DNA from: Patescibacteria group bacterium
Lineage (GTDB): Bacteria > Patescibacteriota > Patescibacteriia > UBA9934
NCBI GenBank assembly: GCA_041666205.1
Contig: JBAYHI010000001.1
Span: forward strand, 90,894-154,893
DNA length: 64,000 nt
Reading direction: 5' to 3'
Made by a program: the position numbers and the translations under genes. The notes beneath the pieces are model-generated. The model saw nothing but the letters and a program-made list of their open reading frames with translations, ran no database searches and was not told the DNA's origin. Shown here piece after piece: positions 25,607-33,430 of this stretch (position 1 is its first letter; every line of letters starts with the position of its first letter).

Positions 25607-28081
25607 TTACTGATGCGCTTCAGGCCCTCCAAATACACCCATATCGTTTCGGGTGCCATCCGGGTCGTTATATGCACTGGATGGGTTTCCAGCGTCTGTA
25701 CCGATACTGCTGGCTGCGAGACGTAGGTTACTATAAGCGGACGTGAACGTTGCTGCAAGTGGGATATCTCCGGTTCCTGCGGGGATTGTAACCCAGCTAT
25801 TTGCAGGCACAGGAGTGTAGACAAGGTTATATTCCGAGATTCCGGCAGCCGCCATAGAAGTATAGATGCCGTATTTGAATCCCTGAATAACATTGTTAAA
25901 TGCAAGGAAATTATTCGTTGGATTTGCATCGGAGTAAATGCCACTTACGGACCTGACACCCGCATTAGGGTCGTACATCGTATTATTGGCAATGATGATT
26001 CCAACCGAATTTGAGATATACACGCCATTTGGCGTGAGACTGGTGGAAAATGACGCATCGAGAATATTATTTTTGATTTGTGAGCCGTAGCCATTGAGGC
26101 AATATACCAGCGCTGATGTGGCATTCTTGATTGTGAACCCTTGCAATGTGGAACTCATGCCAAGTGTGACAGCACGCGCGGCTCCACCACCATTGAGGGT
26201 TACATGCTCAGCCGCTTCTCCAACCAATGAGACGCCGTCTGGCACGGTCAGCGCTCCAGAATACGTTGTGCCCGATTCAACGTAGACGGTTTCTCCAGAA
26301 CTTGCCGCGGCAAGTGCGCTTGCAACGTTTCCACTATAGTCGCTCGCAAATACCACGTCGCTGTTTGAGACAACCATGTCTGCTGTATTGCTCCAATCGC
26401 TGCATCCCGCGGTATTGCAGGCCTTGACGTGGTAGAAATATTCCGTGAGCAATGTTGTAGATGTTTGACCAAGAGTTGAGAGCATTACACCAGCAGAACA
26501 CCATCCTGTTGCGCTTGGGAAATCGCTTTGCGTATCCCATTCAAAACAGTAATACGTGGCTCCAGAAGATTCTGTCCATCCAAGATTGTATGCAGTTCCG
26601 TCAATCACGTAGGTGCCCGGGTCAGTCATAGTTGGTGCTGCGGGAATGCTAACCGGCGTCACGGTGATCGTTGAGTCTTCTACATTGCTCCACGCGCTAT
26701 TGCCGTAGGAATTACTTGCGCGAACACGCCAGTGATAGGTGGTTGATGTGGCAACGGTGAGGGAGCTCGTATAGGTTGTGGAGGCACCGTTATAGGCGAC
26801 TGTTGGACTAGAAAATGATGAGTTTGTATCGCGCTGAAGCTCATAGAGCGTGGCGCCACTGGGGCTTGTATAGGTGATTGTAAACGATGCCCCGCTCGCA
26901 ATGGGGCTCCCTGGGCCGGTGAGTACGGGTGCATCTGGAACCGTTGCGGGTGTGGATGATCCAGCTACAGTCAAATCAACCACGTTGCTCCATGCACCGT
27001 GCCCGATTGCATTGCGCCCTTGAACGCGCCAGTAATACGTTGTTGTGGATGATGGGGAAATGGAATGCGTGTAAGTGGTGCTGAGGCCTGAGTAAATTGT
27101 TGAGTATGTTGAGAATGCAGGGTCGGTTGATTGCTGGAGTACGTAGGTTGTAACTCCTGTGACCGCTGAATAGCTCAGGGTGAATGAAGCACCGGCAGTC
27201 GTTGAGGATCCTGGATCAGTAAGAACTGGAGCCGTTGGCACACCAACCGTACTTACGGTAATGTCCACGACATTACTCCAACTGCTTGTTCCAACGCCGT
27301 TTGAGGCGTTCACGCGGTAGTAATAGGTGGTTGTGGACACAGGGACAATATAGTCTGGCGTGGTTGTGCCGGATCCGGAAATAATATTGATTGGATCAGA
27401 GAACGAGGAGTCGTCGTCGCGTTGCAAGGTGTAGCGCGTGGCGTCGCTCGATGAGGTCCAAGAAAGCGTGAAATTTGTACCCGACGATACGCTCGATCCT
27501 GGGTCAGTGAGTGTTGGAGCGGTAGGGATTGTGCCAACAGGATCGGTATATCCTAAATCTGTATCAATGGTTGGCGTTGAATTTTTTTGTCCGGTTGGAT
27601 CGTATTGTGCAGTACTAGTGATGTCGGATCCGATGGAATAATGAGGGTAGAATGTGTCTGGAAGATCGTCGATTTTTGTATTCCACGCCGCGCCATAGAG
27701 GTTTGAAGCAAGCGATTCGGTTGTGACCCAGCGCAAAATACTTCCTCGCTCCACAACGTAGACTTTTGGCACGGTGATGAGTTTCACCATGCGCACCCCG
27801 GGACGATAGGTGACGTTGCCCACCAGTCGCATGGAGGCAAGCGTGGCGTCCGATACGGTATGAACGCCTGAGAAGTCGCTATACCAGGTGAAATAGGTTT
27901 TTTCGTTTGGGAAATTATAGCGATTGCCGTCGCTTGAATAATAGTAGACCGTTGAAAAACTGCCTTTGATTAAATCTCCAGCCGTTGGAGTGATTTCGGT
28001 TGCGTGCACGGACGTTGGAGTGAGTCCGAGAACACTCCCGAGTATCGCAACTGTGGCGATGAGTGAAAATAGACGTTTCAT
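25607..28081 (-). CDS. large secreted surface protein: signal peptide, about five fibronectin-III-like repeats, C-terminal right-handed beta-helix (pectate-lyase-like)
   Basis: 824 aa, Ser/Thr-rich. Shows N-terminal MKRLFSLIATVAILGSVLGLTPTSVHA, an internal repeat unit DPGSS..S(G/A)..F(T)L(S)(W/Y)...YY(Y/W)RV.A.N..G.(S/G)(A/S)WSNVVD., and NNxxxD-type beta-helix rungs at the C-terminus. Confidence 0.75.
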   Translation of the reverse strand: MKRLFSLIATVAILGSVLGLTPTSVHATEITPTAGDLIKGSFSTVYYYSSDGNRYNFPNEKTYFTWYSDFSGVHTVSDATLASMRLVGNVTYRPGVRMVKLITVPKVYVVERGSILRWVTTESLASNLYGAAWNTKIDDLPDTFYPHYSIGSDITSTAQYDPTGQKNSTPTIDTDLGYTDPVGTIPTAPTLTDPGSSVSSGTNFTLSWTSSSDATRYTLQRDDDSSFSDPINIISGSGTTTPDYIVPVSTTTYYYRVNASNGVGTSSWSNVVDITVSTVGVPTAPVLTDPGSSTTAGASFTLSYSAVTGVTTYVLQQSTDPAFSTYSTIYSGLSTTYTHSISPSSTTTYYWRVQGRNAIGHGAWSNVVDLTVAGSSTPATVPDAPVLTGPGSPIASGASFTITYTSPSGATLYELQRDTNSSFSSPTVAYNGASTTYTSSLTVATSTTYHWRVRASNSYGNSAWSNVEDSTITVTPVSIPAAPTMTDPGTYVIDGTAYNLGWTESSGATYYCFEWDTQSDFPSATGWCSAGVMLSTLGQTSTTLLTEYFYHVKACNTAGCSDWSNTADMVVSNSDVVFASDYSGNVASALAAASSGETVYVESGTTYSGALTVPDGVSLVGEAAEHVTLNGGGAARAVTLGMSSTLQGFTIKNATSALVYCLNGYGSQIKNNILDASFSTSLTPNGVYISNSVGIIIANNTMYDPNAGVRSVSGIYSDANPTNNFLAFNNVIQGFKYGIYTSMAAAGISEYNLVYTPVPANSWVTIPAGTGDIPLAATFTSAYSNLRLAASSIGTDAGNPSSAYNDPDGTRNDMGVFGGPEAHQ

Positions 28082-28123
28082 AGGAAAATTTTATTGCTTT
28101 CAGTATAGCAAAATTTCCCTCAT

Positions 28124-28337
28124 AAAAAAATTCGACGCCCGGCAGGGTGCCGGGCGGGTACGGGGGAGACACGACGGTTGAGACGGCGGGCTAGGTGAAC
28201 CCTGACGGGTGCATCCGACCTCCAAGTCCCTCTTGCGAGGGGTGAATCGACGAGCGGCGATCAGGTGGCGGCGACGCTGGTGGTGTAGGCCAAGGACACC
28301 TCGCGGGGCGCGAATGCACATGCTTCAGCGCATGAGC
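28124..28337 (-). ncRNA. candidate ~214-nt GC-rich structured RNA (promoter-to-terminator unit)
   Basis: Starts about 7 nt after the -10 of the promoter at 28344-28372 and ends at the hairpin GCCCGGCACCCTGCCGGGC plus U7 (plus-strand 28124-28158). No ORF with a credible SD spans it. It lies directly upstream of the surface-protein gene. Confidence 0.4.
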
Positions 28338-28343
28338 GCGAAA

Positions 28344-28372
28344 ATAATATGCCTTGCGGAAAGAGATGTCAA
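28344..28372 (-). promoter_or_regulatory. consensus-like sigma70 promoter (TTGACA-17-TATTAT)
   Basis: On the minus strand, TTGACA is the reverse complement of 28367-28372 and TATTAT of 28344-28349, in an AT-rich patch inside GC-rich DNA. Confidence 0.5.
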
Positions 28373-28499
28373 TAAAAAGAAGTGCCCGCCGGAGTGCCGG
28401 CGAGCGGGGAGCGGACAGGGGTCCGCTGAGAACGGTGTTACAGTTGCTGGTTGGTCAGCCCGCCACGTCCTCACGATCAAGCGGACGCGGCGGGCGGAG

Positions 28500-28616
28500 C
28501 TAGGACCCGGCGTTGAACACCGCGCCGGAGTCGTTCTGGACCTGGTTGTCGCCGTCGAAGTCGATGTTCAGACAGCGCTTGGACGCCGCGTTGGGCGGCG
28601 CGCGCGAGATCAGCAT
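28500..28616 (-). CDS. candidate 38-aa peptide with strong SD (MLISRAPPNAASKRCLNIDFDGDNQVQNDSGAVFNAGS)
   Basis: GGAGGT lies 7 nt upstream of the ATG at 28616. The peptide sits about 105 nt downstream of the promoter at 28729-28757 and is followed by a hairpin at about 28376-28402. Confidence 0.3.
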   Translation of the reverse strand: MLISRAPPNAASKRCLNIDFDGDNQVQNDSGAVFNAGS

Positions 28617-28728
28617 CTCGGCACCTCCATCAGGGGCGGGGATTTGGAGATCGAACGTTGTTTTTGCCGGCTCTACACCGTTCTGTCCCGGTTCATGCCG
28701 GGCGAGTTCGGTTTGAGCAAGCGCCAAA

Positions 28729-28757
28729 ATATAACCACTTTTTGTGGTTTTTGTCAA
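28729..28757 (-). promoter_or_regulatory. consensus-like sigma70 promoter (TTGACA-17-TTATAT) just downstream of the smc stop
   Basis: On the minus strand, TTGACA is the reverse complement of 28752-28757 and TTATAT of 28729-28734. Confidence 0.5.
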
Positions 28758-28774
28758 GAGCCCATGCCCTTGTA

Positions 28775-31081
28775 TTATCGTCGTGCGGTCGCTCCGTCGC
28801 CGATATCGCTCAAAGAGACCGAAAGCAAGTTTGAAATCCCGTCTTCGCCCATGCTAACGCCAAAAAGCTTGTCAGCCCGCTCCATGGTGGCGCGATTATG
28901 GGTAATGATGATGAATTGTGAGAATTTGCGCAGTTCCTCGAGGATATTGGCGAATCGCACGGTATTGGCTTCGTCGAGTGCTGCGTCTACTTCGTCGAGC
29001 ACAACGAATGGCGAGGGGTGCGTTGCCATAATCGCGCATAAAAGCGCCAAAGAGGTGAGCGCGCGTTCGCCACCGGAAAGTAAATTGAGCGACTTGAGGC
29101 GTTTGCCAGGGGGAGTTGCCAAAATTTCAATACCGGCAATTTCGGTGTGGCGATTTTTGAATCGGCGGATGATCTTTGATGCGATTTCCGTGTCTTGTTC
29201 TTCAAGCGCTTCTGCACCTACTTCAAATGCGCGATCAATTGCCACGTGCATGGCGTCGTCATTTTGTACTTCGGAGGTTTTGAGGAGTTTGCACGATCCG
29301 CCCCCGAATAAAATTGCAAAGTATTTTTGAAATTCAATATTGATTTGGGCAAACGCCTCCTCGCTTTGTTTTGCAATGCGATCCTCGAGCTCATCCACGA
29401 CTTTTTCAGTCTGCTCAATTGCTTCGTGCAAATCATGGAATTGCGTTTGCAAAAATGTTACGCGTTCATTTGTCTCCTTATATTCGGCAATGGTTTCTTC
29501 ATCGATACTTCCAATAAGCTCAAGCTGATGGCGAAGTTGCATGAGTTTGCCACGCGTTTCCTCGGGTGTCGTGTCGCGTTCTGTTGGTACTTGATTTTTG
29601 ATTTCGTCAAAAATTGTAGGATTCTGTTCTTGAATTTCACGTCGCAACCCTTCGAGTCGCGTTTCAACGCGTGCTTTCTCGAGTTCAATACGATTGCTTT
29701 CTTGCTCGAGCAAATACAAATCCGACTGAAGTTTTCGCAAATCACGCTGAAACGCAAAAAGCTCGGTTGGTTCGTGGCTTGTGACGGCTTTTTGCGCTGT
29801 TGTGAGTTTCTCTTCGGCAGTTTTGAGGTTTGCTCGTGCAATATCGGCGTCCGCCTTTGTCTTTGCGACAGTATTCTGAAGTGCTGGGTCAATGGGTTTT
29901 TGCTCAATCGCTGGTCGCGTAAGACGTTCGTGGAGATTTTTGATTTGATTATTGAATGTCTCCAGGCGCTCAAAAAGTGGTTGAACCTCCTCGAATACAT
30001 GGCACGATTTCAGTGAACTCAAAATTTCCTGGTGCTCAATTTTTAGTGAACTAATAATTTGTACAACCTCGTGCATGGGGAGTGGGGGACGAGGCGTTTG
30101 GCTCTTGAGCGTGGCGACTTCAAGATTTCGCTGCGCTTCAAAAACAGCGTGCTCGGCCGTGCGCAGTGCTTCGGATGCTTTGCGATACTCGTCTTGCAGC
30201 GGTTGCAAGCCATGATCGGGCGTTTGGCGAGCGCGCTCGAGGCGTTCCATTTCCAAAAGTTTCTGGTCTCCAGCTTGGAGTTCGGCAGTTTTTGCATTGG
30301 TATGCGTTTTTGCAACCTGCAATCGACTGTCGATGCCTCGAAGTTCCTCGGAAAGATCAAAAAATTGTGTGCCGTAGTATTTTTTTGAAAGAAGTTGCAA
30401 TTCATTTTCGATCACCTCACGTTTTTCCAGGCGCTTCACCTGTCGCTCGAGTAATCGAAGACGTGGTTCAGCTTCCGCAAGCAATCGCTCAATCTCGAGC
30501 AAATGTTCAGATGATTTTTCAAGACGCAAAAGCGACTGATGACGTTTCATTTGAAGTCCTCGCACGCCGGTAGCATCGTCAAAGAAGAGTTTTCGTTCTT
30601 CTGGCGAGGCAATGAGCACGTGATCGATCATCCCTTGCGCAATAACCGTATAGGATCGCTCACCAATGCCGGCTTCTGCAAGCAAAAGCTGAATATCCTG
30701 GAGTCGTGTGATTTTTCCATTCAATCGGTATTCCGACGATCCATCGCGGTATTGTCGGCGATTGAGTTCTACCTCGTCGTAGTCAACGCTCAAGGCGTGG
30801 TCGTGGTTATCAAAAAGAAGTGTGACTTCTGCGGCGCCTGAACGAGTTTTCCCTTCAGACCCGGAAAAAATCATGTCCTCGCTCTTTTTCCCCCGCAGTA
30901 ATTTCATGGATTGCTCACCTAGGCACCAACGAATCGCGTCGGCAATATTGGATTTCCCTGATCCATTTGGCCCAATAATCACCGTGAGGGCATGTCCATC
31001 GCCTTGCGATCGCGGCAAATCCAAAACCGTCTTTTTGGCAAATGTCTTAAATCCTTGGATTTCCATCCGAATGAGTCGCAT
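28775..31081 (-). CDS. smc: chromosome partition protein SMC (short form)
   Basis: N-terminal MRLIRMEIQGFKTF...GPNGSGKSN (Walker A), long coiled coils, and C-terminal LSGGERALTSLALLCA...VVLDEVDAALD (signature plus Walker B). Confidence 0.85.
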   Translation of the reverse strand: MRLIRMEIQGFKTFAKKTVLDLPRSQGDGHALTVIIGPNGSGKSNIADAIRWCLGEQSMKLLRGKKSEDMIFSGSEGKTRSGAAEVTLLFDNHDHALSVDYDEVELNRRQYRDGSSEYRLNGKITRLQDIQLLLAEAGIGERSYTVIAQGMIDHVLIASPEERKLFFDDATGVRGLQMKRHQSLLRLEKSSEHLLEIERLLAEAEPRLRLLERQVKRLEKREVIENELQLLSKKYYGTQFFDLSEELRGIDSRLQVAKTHTNAKTAELQAGDQKLLEMERLERARQTPDHGLQPLQDEYRKASEALRTAEHAVFEAQRNLEVATLKSQTPRPPLPMHEVVQIISSLKIEHQEILSSLKSCHVFEEVQPLFERLETFNNQIKNLHERLTRPAIEQKPIDPALQNTVAKTKADADIARANLKTAEEKLTTAQKAVTSHEPTELFAFQRDLRKLQSDLYLLEQESNRIELEKARVETRLEGLRREIQEQNPTIFDEIKNQVPTERDTTPEETRGKLMQLRHQLELIGSIDEETIAEYKETNERVTFLQTQFHDLHEAIEQTEKVVDELEDRIAKQSEEAFAQINIEFQKYFAILFGGGSCKLLKTSEVQNDDAMHVAIDRAFEVGAEALEEQDTEIASKIIRRFKNRHTEIAGIEILATPPGKRLKSLNLLSGGERALTSLALLCAIMATHPSPFVVLDEVDAALDEANTVRFANILEELRKFSQFIIITHNRATMERADKLFGVSMGEDGISNLLSVSLSDIGDGATARR

Positions 31082-31133
31082 AAGCGGTACAAGTATAACA
31101 GAAATTTTTATTTTGCTGTAAAATGATTTCCAT

Positions 31134-31520
31134 ATGCAAATCAAATGGCTTTTTGTTCTTCCGCTTTGCCTCCTTTTTGGGGCGGGCTGTTTTTCTAGCT
31201 CAGACGTGACCATCGATTATACGGATCCAAGCACCTATGAAAATGGGATGCCGATTGCGTATTACAATGTTTGGGTCGAGTCCGACGGGTTTGATGTGAC
31301 GTATATGGCTGTAAAACCCGGGCAGACGGTGCAGATTGATTTTCAGTGGGTGGATGGATTCCATACATTCGTGATCGATGAGTTCGGCTTCCGAACCGAG
31401 ATCGTGGAGGGTCAGATTGTGGAATTTGTAGCGCCCGATGCACCGGGGACATATCGCTATTATAGCGACGTAGACGATGCGGGCACGGGATTTGAAGGGG
31501 AACTCGTGATTTTGGAGTAA
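31134..31520 (+). CDS. lipoprotein, cupredoxin-like domain
   Basis: Lipobox LLFGAGC after a signal peptide; GFHTFVIDEFG and an overall beta-rich pattern resemble cupredoxin/EfeO-like folds. Confidence 0.45.
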   Translation: MQIKWLFVLPLCLLFGAGCFSSSDVTIDYTDPSTYENGMPIAYYNVWVESDGFDVTYMAVKPGQTVQIDFQWVDGFHTFVIDEFGFRTEIVEGQIVEFVAPDAPGTYRYYSDVDDAGTGFEGELVILE

Positions 31521-31563
31521 TTCTTGACTTCATTGCAATGCCGTCGTAGGATGCTTGGCTCTT

Positions 31564-32529
31564 ATGACGGTATTTTTGTATAAGAAAATCGCAGAAGAAA
31601 TCAACCGTGCTGACCATATTTTATTGTTGACCGATGAGCGCATTGATGGAGATACGATTGGCGCAACGCTTGGGATGTATCACGTGCTCAAGGAAATGGG
31701 GAAAGAAGTCGAAGTGTTTTCTCCTCGACCGCTGGATGGGCGTTTAGCATTTTTGCCAGGGGTTGAGGTGATTCAGCGTGACTCCGTGCTATTTGAGGAA
31801 ACGCATTTTGATTTGGCCATGATTTTTGACTGTGCGGATGGAAAATACATCGAGGAATATCGCAATACGCTAAAAAGCATCCCGCTCATCGTGTTTGATC
31901 ATCACGATAGCAATAAAGGATACGGCGCGCTCAATTTAATTGAACCGGATTCTGCTTCAGCTGCGGAAGTTGTGTGGCGGTTTGTGAAAAACGCTCACCT
32001 CCCAATGAATCGTCCAGCTGCGCAGTGTTTTTTGGCAGGGATTGTGACTGACACCGATGTGTTTTCAACGTCGAACACAAATATTCCTGCGCTCGAAGCC
32101 GCGCAAGATTTGTCTCGCCTTGGCGCAAAGCTCCAGGAAATCATTCGTGAGACGATCATGAACCGATCTGTTTCAACCTTGAAGCTCTGGGGACTCGCAT
32201 TTGAGCGACTTCATAAGAATCCTGAATTTGGTGCGATTGCAACAGCAATAACGCAAAAAGATTTATTCGATGTTGGTGCATGTGAAGATGATGTCCATAA
32301 GTTATCGAATTTTCTGAACGCGATGCTTGAGGGCTATGAAGTTGTGCTCGTGCTTTATGAAATGAAAGAGGGGAGTGTGAAGGGAAGTTTGCGATCTCAA
32401 ACCCAAGATGTTGCCAAAATGGCGGAGAAATACGGCGGAGGTGGGCATATTCGCGCAGCAGGATTTAAAATTCCAAACGTTTCTTTGGTGCTCGAGAATG
32501 GGGTTTGGCTTTGGAAATCTAGGGTTTGA
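31564..32529 (+). CDS. nrnA: DHH-family phosphoesterase (NrnA-like oligoribonuclease/pAp phosphatase)
   Basis: DHH motif (VFDHHDSN) and the DHHA1 GGGH motif (YGGGGHIRAAG). Confidence 0.75.
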   Translation: MTVFLYKKIAEEINRADHILLLTDERIDGDTIGATLGMYHVLKEMGKEVEVFSPRPLDGRLAFLPGVEVIQRDSVLFEETHFDLAMIFDCADGKYIEEYRNTLKSIPLIVFDHHDSNKGYGALNLIEPDSASAAEVVWRFVKNAHLPMNRPAAQCFLAGIVTDTDVFSTSNTNIPALEAAQDLSRLGAKLQEIIRETIMNRSVSTLKLWGLAFERLHKNPEFGAIATAITQKDLFDVGACEDDVHKLSNFLNAMLEGYEVVLVLYEMKEGSVKGSLRSQTQDVAKMAEKYGGGGHIRAAGFKIPNVSLVLENGVWLWKSRV

Positions 32530-32562
32530 CAGTTAGCAATAGCAAATGTAGACTGCTAAAAT

Positions 32563-33162
32563 ATGGAAAACGAAATTCAATCTCAATTTTTAATTCCAAC
32601 CGTTGTTGAAAAAACCAATTACGGTGAGCGATCCTACGACATTTATTCTCGACTTTTAAAGGATCGAATTATCTTTTTGGGTACGCCCATTGACGACAAT
32701 GTTGCCAATAGCATCATTGCTCAGTTACTTTTCTTGGCAAGCCAAGACAAAGAAAAAGAAATCAAACTCTATATCAACTCTCCGGGTGGATCGGTATCGG
32801 CTGGCCTCGCAATTTACGACACCATGCAATACATCAAACCTGATGTTTCAACCATTTGCGTGGGGCTTGCGGCAAGTATGGGCGCGGTGCTCCTCGCTGC
32901 CGGTGCGCCAGGGAAGCGTTTTGCTTTGCCAAACTCCGAAGTTATGATTCACCAGGTGCTTGGTGGGTTCAAGGGGCAAGCAACGGATATTAAAATTCAT
33001 GCCGAGCGCATCTTGAAAACAAAAGATCTCCTCAATGAAATTTTGGCAAAACACACGGGTCAGCCCATGAAAAAAGTCGAGGAAGATACGGATCGCGACC
33101 ACTTCTTGAGCGCCACGGAGGCAAAAAAATACGGGCTCATTGACAAGGTGATTGCGGGGTAG
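32563..33162 (+). CDS. clpP: ATP-dependent Clp protease proteolytic subunit
   Basis: The active-site region [16 protein letters not shown] plus the conserved His and Asp context, with typical ClpP length. No clpX follows. Confidence 0.95.
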   Translation: MENEIQSQFLIPTVVEKTNYGERSYDIYSRLLKDRIIFLGTPIDDNVANSIIAQLLFLASQDKEKEIKLYINSPGGSVSAGLAIYDTMQYIKPDVSTICVGLAASMGAVLLAAGAPGKRFALPNSEVMIHQVLGGFKGQATDIKIHAERILKTKDLLNEILAKHTGQPMKKVEEDTDRDHFLSATEAKKYGLIDKVIAG

Positions 33163-33183
33163 GATTTCTGCCTTTTGGAGCGC

Positions 33184-33392
33184 TTGACAGGCCTGTGGCC
33201 GAGTGATAAACTGCGCTGTTTCTTACCTGTTTTTTTCAGCAGCCACGACAAGCATGGGGATATCGAGGCTGTCAGTTCCGGCTCCGGCTTGACCTGTACC
33301 GCTACGATATCTTCTTGGCTGCTGCAAATAATAGGGAAGAGAAAAAACCCTCCGAAGCTCTAATTTTACAGAGCGAAGGAGGGTTTTTTATT
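33184..33392 (+). ncRNA. candidate small RNA in the position normally occupied by clpX (promoter TTGACA-17-TAAACT at 33184-33212; terminated transcript of about 175 nt)
   Basis: A promoter 20 nt after the clpP stop; a long-range helix CAGCAGCC...GGCUGCUG; it ends in a family-2 repeat hairpin flanked by an A-run and a T-run (33340-33392). The overlapping ORF (33175-33363) starts inside the promoter. Confidence 0.35.
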
Positions 33393-33396
33393 CGTT

Positions 33397-33426
33397 GGGG
33401 CAGGTCACTGACCTGCCCGTACTGAC
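33397..33426. repeat. family-1 GC-rich palindromic element (GGGGCAGGTCACTGACCTGCCCGTAC)
   Basis: A 9-10-bp perfect stem. Relatives lie at 37613-37651, 43508-43558, 44709-44767 and 52688-52722, sharing CGTAGGGG...CCCGTACG termini. Confidence 0.6.
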
Positions 33427-33430
33427 ATTT

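Noticed and set aside
28124-28337. Assignment of the GC-rich RNA to a TPP or cobalamin riboswitch class
   Set aside because: Only short partial matches are present (CCUGAUC, CCCCGCGAGGUGU); the defining cores (CUGAGA for TPP; GGGAA and the B12 box context for cobalamin) are absent.
28209-29330. 373-aa plus-strand ORF
   Set aside because: It runs antisense across the smc 3' end and the GC-rich spacer, has no SD or motif, and is a typical long spurious frame in GC-rich DNA.
33175-33363. 62-aa ORF after clpP
   Set aside because: Its start codon lies inside the predicted -35/-10 region and it has no SD; the region is better explained as an RNA or 3' UTR.
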